From a virus (lineage: Duplodnaviria > Caudoviricetes): DNA of 36,349 nucleotides. A program made the translations under genes and the position numbers. Below, piece by piece: positions 27,416 through 32,133 of the stretch. The stretch spans positions 1-36,349 of the IMG/VR virus record IMGVR_UViG_3300028025_000006. One strand, given 5' to 3'. Under the pieces are notes generated by a model. That model saw only the letters and a list, made by a program, of their open reading frames with translations. It made no database searches and had not been told where the DNA came from. Positions within the stretch are counted from its first letter, which is position 1, and each line of letters begins with the position of its first letter.

Positions 27416-27794
27416 GTGCGGCTCTCATTTTTGATAATTGTCTACGGGTTAGTGTCTGGGTGAATACGCTACTGTTTCGTAAAGATACAAGTTTTTCGTA
27501 TGAGCGCTTTGATCGCTCTGGCAAAGTAAAGGGTTTGATCTTGCACGATTTGTCTTGCTTGTCTCCCAGAGAATATATAGGACGAATATAAGTTCTGCCT
27601 GATATTGTGTGCCTTGTGTGTCCAGATATGTATATACGTTTGGATATACGCTTGCTAGAACGGTTAAGGCGAGACAGTACGCTGGCAACCCTGTCATGCG
27701 TCAAATTAAGTCTGCGACATATCTCTGCCTTAGTAAGCGGCTCCTGCTCAAGCAACAGCAGGATACGGTCTGTAGTGTTACCCCAAGCAATCAT
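27408..27794 (-). CDS. Winged-helix DNA-binding protein
   Basis: PLTKAEICRRLNLTHDRVASVLSRL HTH; AGGAGG RBS before the ATG at 27794. Confidence 0.7.
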   Translation of the reverse strand: MIAWGNTTDRILLLLEQEPLTKAEICRRLNLTHDRVASVLSRLNRSSKRISKRIYISGHTRHTISGRTYIRPIYSLGDKQDKSCKIKPFTLPERSKRSYEKLVSLRNSSVFTQTLTRRQLSKMRAAHD

Positions 27795-27970
27795 CCTACC
27801 TCCTTTATTAGTTTGCACATTTTGCTCCAAGCATCGTCCCATTCGTGCGCGTCATCTGCGTAACCAAGTTCTTTAGCTGCCGCCACTAGACGCTGATTAA
27901 GGTCTGTCAATCGCTTAATCTCATCAATCAACGGCTGCTGAGTTACATCAAACAAGTCTGGCTGTGTCAT
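27791..27970 (-). CDS. Hypothetical coiled-coil protein
   Basis: MTQPDLFD...; AAGGAG RBS and ATGA coupling. Confidence 0.65.
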   Translation of the reverse strand: MTQPDLFDVTQQPLIDEIKRLTDLNQRLVAAAKELGYADDAHEWDDAWSKMCKLIKEVG

Positions 27971-28059
27971 ACCATTCTCCTTGTAGGTAGCACAACTATT
28001 AAGCGTCCGTAAACTACACGCAATGTGTGTCTGTACCAACTTGCTCCGTATCCGCTCAT
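27967..28059 (-). CDS. 30-aa basic peptide (not in the ORF track)
   Basis: MSGYGASWYRHTLRVVYGRLIVVLPTRRMV; AAGGAG RBS and ATGA overlaps on both sides. Confidence 0.5.
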   Translation of the reverse strand: MSGYGASWYRHTLRVVYGRLIVVLPTRRMV

Positions 28060-28451
28060 GTGTTTTTGCTCCTTAATTTTTCTATCACTCTATGAAAATC
28101 AGACAAGTAAACTTCATCAATCGGACTGCCAACAACTTGTGCTATTTCATCATCCGTCAGCCCGACCCATTCTTTGCGTGGTGTTGGTAACGAGTTTTTA
28201 CCTCTTGGCTCTTGCGCTAACGCCCAGTCGAGCCATTGTTCTGCGGTCAAGTTATAGTAGTTATCACAACCAACGCTTGACAATTCCTCGCCAAGTCGAA
28301 TAGCTGCACTACGCCACGCCACAGGCTCTTGCTTCTCCTGTGCGAGTGCTTGTTTCAACCCGACAATTGCATCAAATTGTTTTTTCTGTGGATACATTGA
28401 ATCTTCCAACGCCTCCAAAGCCATCTCTGCTGCTTTGCGTAAGTCATCCAT
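28056..28451 (-). CDS. Hypothetical protein with a WxGLT C-terminal module
   Basis: MDDLRKAAEMALEALE...QEPVAW...EWVGLTDDEI; AAGGAG RBS. Confidence 0.75.
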   Translation of the reverse strand: MDDLRKAAEMALEALEDSMYPQKKQFDAIVGLKQALAQEKQEPVAWRSAAIRLGEELSSVGCDNYYNLTAEQWLDWALAQEPRGKNSLPTPRKEWVGLTDDEIAQVVGSPIDEVYLSDFHRVIEKLRSKNT

Positions 28452-28560
28452 TGTTTCTCTCCTTAAGTTTAGCTTCGACATTACGAAAGTCAGACAAGTA
28501 AACTTCATCAATCGGACTGCCAACCGTTTGTGCTATCTCCTCATCCGTCAGCCCGATCCA
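28099..28560. repeat. Direct repeat of about 70 bp (28099-28169 and 28490-28560) with a 35-bp exact core
   Basis: TCAGACAAGTAAACTTCATCAATCGGACTGCCAAC at 28099-28133 and 28490-28524; a degenerate third copy lies near 28720-28742. Confidence 0.92.
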
Positions 28561-28638
28561 CTCACGTTCAAACTTTTCTTCCATAACTTGGCGTAAGACT
28601 TTCTCTATTATTTCACCCGTTTTAGCTAAGTTAGTCAT
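28444..28638 (-). CDS. Hypothetical protein with a WxGLT C-terminal module
   Basis: MTNLAKTGE...EWIGLTDEEI...EAKLKERN; AAGGAG RBS. Confidence 0.72.
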   Translation of the reverse strand: MTNLAKTGEIIEKVLRQVMEEKFEREWIGLTDEEIAQTVGSPIDEVYLSDFRNVEAKLKERNNG

Positions 28639-28901
28639 GTGTTGCGCTCCTTTAGCTTGGCTTCGATAGCTTGAACGCATTGTTTAAAAGTTGATGTTTT
28701 GTTTGCAATTTTTGTTATTTCATCCTCCGTCAGACCGACCCAAGGCTTTTTGTATTCCTGTATATCATCATCAACCGTCAACCCACCAGACCTATGCGCC
28801 ATGTCGGATGTGTCCCAAGGCTCATGTATAGATATGTCTGTTTTAGGTACACATTGTTCGGATATGTCTAAATTTTGTTGTTTCGTGTACATATCGCTCA
28901 T
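28635..28901 (-). CDS. Hypothetical protein with a WxGLT C-terminal module
   Basis: ...PWVGLTEDEI...AIEAKLKERNT; GGAGG RBS. Confidence 0.72.
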   Translation of the reverse strand: MSDMYTKQQNLDISEQCVPKTDISIHEPWDTSDMAHRSGGLTVDDDIQEYKKPWVGLTEDEITKIANKTSTFKQCVQAIEAKLKERNT

Positions 28902-29140
28902 ATTGCCTCCGCTATCTGTTGCTCAATCTGGGTGCGGATAGAATCTGTCAGCTTACGCTCCAGCCATACAGCACGTTTGCCACGCATATCTAATATCTCG
29001 TAGTCAAACTCTACATAGCCGTGGTAATCCAAGTTTGATACTTCGTTTTGCATAAAGCTGCCAGACTGCCTGTAAACGTGGGTTACGCCTACCTTAGCGG
29101 GTATTCCTGCTATGCGTGTGGTGATGATCTCTTGATACAT
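28898..29140 (-). CDS. Conserved hypothetical early protein
   Basis: TRIAGIPAKVGV...YEILDMRGKRAVWLERKLT; CCAAGGAGA RBS. Confidence 0.75.
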   Translation of the reverse strand: MYQEIITTRIAGIPAKVGVTHVYRQSGSFMQNEVSNLDYHGYVEFDYEILDMRGKRAVWLERKLTDSIRTQIEQQIAEAI

Positions 29141-29155
29141 GGTTTCTCCTTGGTA

Positions 29156-29169
29156 GGGGCTTGCGCCCC
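29156..29169 (-). promoter_or_regulatory. GNRA-tetraloop hairpin between the first two early genes
   Basis: Minus strand GGGGC-GCAA-GCCCC just 5' of the RBS; no U-tract. Confidence 0.55.
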
Positions 29170-29175
29170 AAGGTT

Positions 29176-29349
29176 TTATTTACGAGTCTCAATAACCAAA
29201 GTCGGGAGCAAACTTTGAGCATAAGCAACTGCATCTGATTTTTTGTAAAAGTTTGCAGATTCGTCATAAGGTGTGTTTTCTTCATTATAAGAAGTTACAT
29301 ACCAACATTTGTAAGACTTATCAAACCAAACTTCTATTTTTGCAATCAT
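29176..29349 (-). CDS. 57-aa first early protein (not in the ORF track)
   Basis: MIAKIEVWFDKSYKCWYVTSYNEENTPYDESANFYKKSDAVAYAQSLLPTLVIETRK; CCAAGGAGA RBS. Confidence 0.78.
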   Translation of the reverse strand: MIAKIEVWFDKSYKCWYVTSYNEENTPYDESANFYKKSDAVAYAQSLLPTLVIETRK

Positions 29350-29387
29350 TTTTATCTCCTTGGTATGGCGTTAGTGCCATGTACTAA

Positions 29388-29459
29388 ATTGTATACATTT
29401 CAGCACAAATAAACATAGGTGTTTTCCCTAATATGTGCAAATAATTTATTGTGTATAAT
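29388..29459. promoter_or_regulatory. Divergent promoter pair flanking a central TAGG-N7-CCTA palindrome
   Basis: Minus-strand TACAAT at 29393-29388, plus-strand TATAAT at 29454-29459, palindrome centred at 29423; this is the strand-switch point of the genome. Confidence 0.75.
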
Positions 29460-29465
29460 TAACTT

Positions 29466-29565
29466 GTTGGTGTGGAAGCCGATTTAGACCGTTTAAGTCT
29501 GTGTCTTGCCCCTTTGGGGGTCTTCCACCAAGATGCAGATTTAAGCGGTTTTTGCATCTACCAAC
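29466..29565 (+). promoter_or_regulatory. Structured leader RNA with mutually exclusive terminator and antiterminator folds
   Basis: 21-bp stem 29488-29508/29529-29549 (4 G-U pairs) with a U-run; alternative pairings 29466-71/29560-65, 29472-78/29522-28 and 29531-39/29551-59. Confidence 0.7.
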
Positions 29566-29750
29566 CGCCAAGTTGTCGGGTTAATAGACGGCAGGACTTG
29601 GGGATAGCCTCTACTGTGGGATAAGGTATGAGAAAGAGGCAAGGGTGGCGAAGCTAGCGCCCAATACCGAACGGCTGGCGGGTTCTGTGGCTCCGAAAAG
29701 CAAACAGATTAAGGCGCACCTAGGTAAGGCTAGGTTCGTCCACCAAAAAG
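29566..29750 (+). ncRNA. Candidate multi-hairpin non-coding RNA
   Basis: GC-rich stretch without a credible gene, with five consecutive stems (29568-601, 29607-640, 29643-662, 29684-708, 29713-740); G-U pairs favour the + strand. Confidence 0.55.
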
Positions 29751-30055
29751 CAAATGTAGTAACAATACATACTAATAAATATAAATAAGTATATAGACAA
29801 TCCTGATCGGTAATAAACAGTACAACCGTATGGATAATTGTTAAAAACATACCGTTCGGTAAAGAATCTTTACAATCGTTAGGATTATTGTGTTACTGTT
29901 TACATGTGGGGCTGGGCTTTAGCAACCTAGTAGTATCGAGTGGTATACGCAGACCTAAGTTCCTTGGCAGGCACTTGCACTCTTTGCCACTCATGTTTAA
30001 TTTTCTAATTGGAAAATCCTGCTTTATGGAAACCCACAACTTATTTGGAGACAAG

Positions 30056-30202
30056 ATGTATAAAGGATTTAGCTTGCACAGCGTAGTGTCCAGACCTCAC
30101 TCTATGTCTATTCTGGAAAAGCCTAGTTTGATTGGTGGACACCATATAGAGTCTATCTATGCAAAAAAACCACAACCTATTGTGGACAAGAAGAAAAAGT
30201 AG
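30056..30202 (+). CDS. 48-aa basic hypothetical protein
   Basis: GGAG RBS before ATG 30056; MYKGFSLHSVVSRPHSMSILEKPSLIGG...KKKK. Confidence 0.6.
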   Translation: MYKGFSLHSVVSRPHSMSILEKPSLIGGHHIESIYAKKPQPIVDKKKK

Positions 30203-30207
30203 TAACA

Positions 30208-30285
30208 TTTGCGTGGGGAAGTGTTCTCCGCACTTTCTTGGATGTCTCCTTGGTTCTTTGCCCGATTGATTTCGGGCTTTTTTTT
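30208..30285 (+). ncRNA. Candidate anti-Shine-Dalgarno small RNA
   Basis: 5' hairpin, unpaired GAUGUCUCCUUGGUU seed, then a strong intrinsic terminator. Confidence 0.55.
30260..30285 (+). terminator. Intrinsic terminator
   Basis: GCCCGA-TTGATT-TCGGGC followed by T8. Confidence 0.88.
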
Positions 30286-30294
30286 GGTGATAAC

Positions 30295-30942
30295 GTGATC
30301 CCGAAAAAACTCCACATAGTGTGGATTGGTGACGAGTCTAAGCGCCCAGATAACTGCATAAATACATGGATCAAGATGAATCCTGATTATGTGGTCAAGG
30401 TCTGGGGCAATGATGACCTATACAGCCATAGCTGGGTCAATGGTCGGCACATGTCCGAGTATTGGGACAGAGAGTTGTGTGGCGTAGCCGACATGATGCG
30501 CTGGGAAATCCTGTATGACGAGGGTGGTATTGCATTGGATGCTGATTGCATCTGCAAGCGCCCACTAGAGGATTGGTTGCTAGAGGCAAGCGTATTTGCT
30601 GGATGGGAGTCTGAACTGGATAGATTCGGTCTGATTGCCAACAGCACAGTAGGCGCAGAGCCGGGCAATCCGTTTATCGGTCAGATCATCCAAGACATTA
30701 AAGACGATAAGATAGATCAGCGTATGGCGTGGGAATTCTGCGGTCCTGTACGGATTACTCAGACATGGCTAAATAATCGCTACACAGGGCTTACAATCCA
30801 TCCTAGCCACTACTTTTTGCCTAGGCACTTTGCTGGCACAACATATACCGGAAATGGGATAGTGTTTGCAGACCAGATGTGGGGCAGCACTCGTAGCATC
30901 TACAATCATCTACATGAGCAAGCGATAGAGGAGCGTGAATAA
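30295..30942 (+). CDS. DXD sugar-binding glycosyltransferase (GT32/Och1-like)
   Basis: IPKKLHIVWIG, ADMMRWEILYDEGGIALDAD and CGP motifs; probable GTG start at 30295. Confidence 0.88.
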   Translation: MIPKKLHIVWIGDESKRPDNCINTWIKMNPDYVVKVWGNDDLYSHSWVNGRHMSEYWDRELCGVADMMRWEILYDEGGIALDADCICKRPLEDWLLEASVFAGWESELDRFGLIANSTVGAEPGNPFIGQIIQDIKDDKIDQRMAWEFCGPVRITQTWLNNRYTGLTIHPSHYFLPRHFAGTTYTGNGIVFADQMWGSTRSIYNHLHEQAIEERE

Positions 30943-31094
30943 TGCCTTCAGTCTCAAAAGCACAAGCGCAGTTTATGAAAGCTGCCGCACACTCACCTAA
31001 GTTTGCCAAGCAAGCTGGCATCCCAGTTAAGGTCGCTAAAGAATTTATGGCTGCTGACAAAAAGGCAGGAAAATACACAAAGGGTAAAAAATGA
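30942..31094 (+). CDS. 50-aa Lys/Ala-rich protein (not in the ORF track)
   Basis: MPSVSKAQAQFMKAAAHSPKFAKQAGIPVKVAKEFMAADKKAGKYTKGKK; GAGGAG RBS and TAATG coupling. Confidence 0.8.
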   Translation: MPSVSKAQAQFMKAAAHSPKFAKQAGIPVKVAKEFMAADKKAGKYTKGKK

Positions 31095-31234
31095 AGATGC
31101 AAGGGAAGGCACAAGGCAAGTGTACCGATAGCGGTATGCGCGTTAAGCAAGCACAAATGGCTGCTGCTGCCAAGAAAATGAAAAATGGCGATTACCCCAA
31201 GCAGCTAAAGAAAGAGGAACGGGGCTACGAATGA
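31091..31234 (+). CDS. 47-aa basic protein (not in the ORF track)
   Basis: MKMQGKAQGKCTDSGMRVKQAQMAAAAKKMKNGDYPKQLKKEERGYE; ATGA overlaps at both ends. Confidence 0.7.
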   Translation: MKMQGKAQGKCTDSGMRVKQAQMAAAAKKMKNGDYPKQLKKEERGYE

Positions 31235-31710
31235 AATGCCCAGCCTCTACTCAAGACGTTAAACTCAATCTTAAAAATCGTGATTGGGCGTTTAAGAATG
31301 TAGGCTATGGTCCTGCTAATCCAGAGGAAGAATCACCTATATTTTGGGCTGATCGTGCTAAAGAATGGAATACCACAGAGGACGAGGCTAAGACAATGCG
31401 CTGCGGTAACTGCGCGGCTTTTATTGTCACGCCGGAAATGTTGGACTGTATCGTTGGTGGGCTTGGCTCTGGAACGGGTGGAGACGAGTACGAGGCGATT
31501 GTAGACGCTGCTGATCTTGGCTACTGTGAACTGTTTGAGTTCAAGTGTGCCGGAGAGCGTACCTGTTCTGCATGGCTGATGGGTGGTCCAATTAAAAAAA
31601 TTCCTACTAAGCGCCAGAAAGAAATGCTGGCAATGGCTAAGATGGAATACGAGAAGGCAGAGGATCGCTACGAAAGTTTAGAGAAATCTATAGAGGGTGA
31701 TGATGACTAA
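31231..31710 (+). CDS. Cys-rich metal-binding protein with HiPIP-like cysteine spacing
   Basis: CGNCAAF...GYCELFEFKC...TCSAW. Confidence 0.65.
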   Translation: MKCPASTQDVKLNLKNRDWAFKNVGYGPANPEEESPIFWADRAKEWNTTEDEAKTMRCGNCAAFIVTPEMLDCIVGGLGSGTGGDEYEAIVDAADLGYCELFEFKCAGERTCSAWLMGGPIKKIPTKRQKEMLAMAKMEYEKAEDRYESLEKSIEGDDD

Positions 31711-31849
31711 AGGACTGTACGCCAATATTAACGCCAAGCAAAAGCGCATTAAAGAAGGCTCAGGCGAGAAAATGAACAAGGTTGGTAGCAAGGCAGCACC
31801 TAGCGCCAAAGACTTTAAGACAGCCGCTAAAACGGCTAAGAAAAAATGA
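31703..31849 (+). CDS. 48-aa Lys-rich protein (not in the ORF track)
   Basis: MTKGLYANINAKQKRIKEGSGEKMNKVGSKAAPSAKDFKTAAKTAKKK; ATGA overlap with the next gene. Confidence 0.8.
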   Translation: MTKGLYANINAKQKRIKEGSGEKMNKVGSKAAPSAKDFKTAAKTAKKK

Positions 31850-32097
31850 TTAAGCGCGGAAAGGAAACTTTCTCAGGATTTAACAAGCCTAAGAAAACTC
31901 CTAGTCATCCTACTAAGTCACACGCTGTGTTGGCTAAGAGTGGGGATGAGACAAAACTTATCCGCTTTGGTCAACAGGGTGTAAAGGGTAGTCCAGAAGG
32001 CTCTGCCCGTAATGAATCATTTAAAGCCAGACACGCGCAGAACATTGCCAAGGGCAAGATGAGCGCAGCGTTCTGGGCTAACAAGGTAAAGTGGTAA
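31846..32097 (+). CDS. Conserved basic phage protein
   Basis: KLIRFGQQG...SFKARH...KMSAAFWANKVKW motif. Confidence 0.78.
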   Translation: MIKRGKETFSGFNKPKKTPSHPTKSHAVLAKSGDETKLIRFGQQGVKGSPEGSARNESFKARHAQNIAKGKMSAAFWANKVKW

Positions 32098-32133
32098 TGC
32101 GTTTGCATTACTTTTGCACACATTAGGTGGATT

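Noticed and set aside
29094-29285. 63-aa minus-strand ORF from the track
   Set aside because: It is out of frame with the better-supported 29176-29349 ORF, which has a strong RBS, and it runs across the intergenic hairpin.
29627-29636. TATGAGAAAG, a 10-mer I recall from the ColE1/pUC RNA II region
   Set aside because: A single 10-nt match from memory is within chance and there is no extended similarity, so I did not use it as evidence for the primer-RNA idea.
29611-29850. 79-aa minus-strand ORF over the structured region
   Set aside because: It has no RBS and atypical composition, and it opposes the rightward promoter; G-U pairing favours a + strand RNA.
29460-30290. tRNA, CRISPR array or known ribozyme in the non-coding region
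   Set aside because: I see no canonical D or T loops, no regularly spaced identical repeats, and no catalytic core I can confidently recognise by eye.
26106-32125. Exact 13-mer TTTGCACACATTA at 26106 and 32113, both intergenic
   Set aside because: Several 13-mer matches are expected by chance in 36 kb, and the orientation relative to the downstream genes differs.
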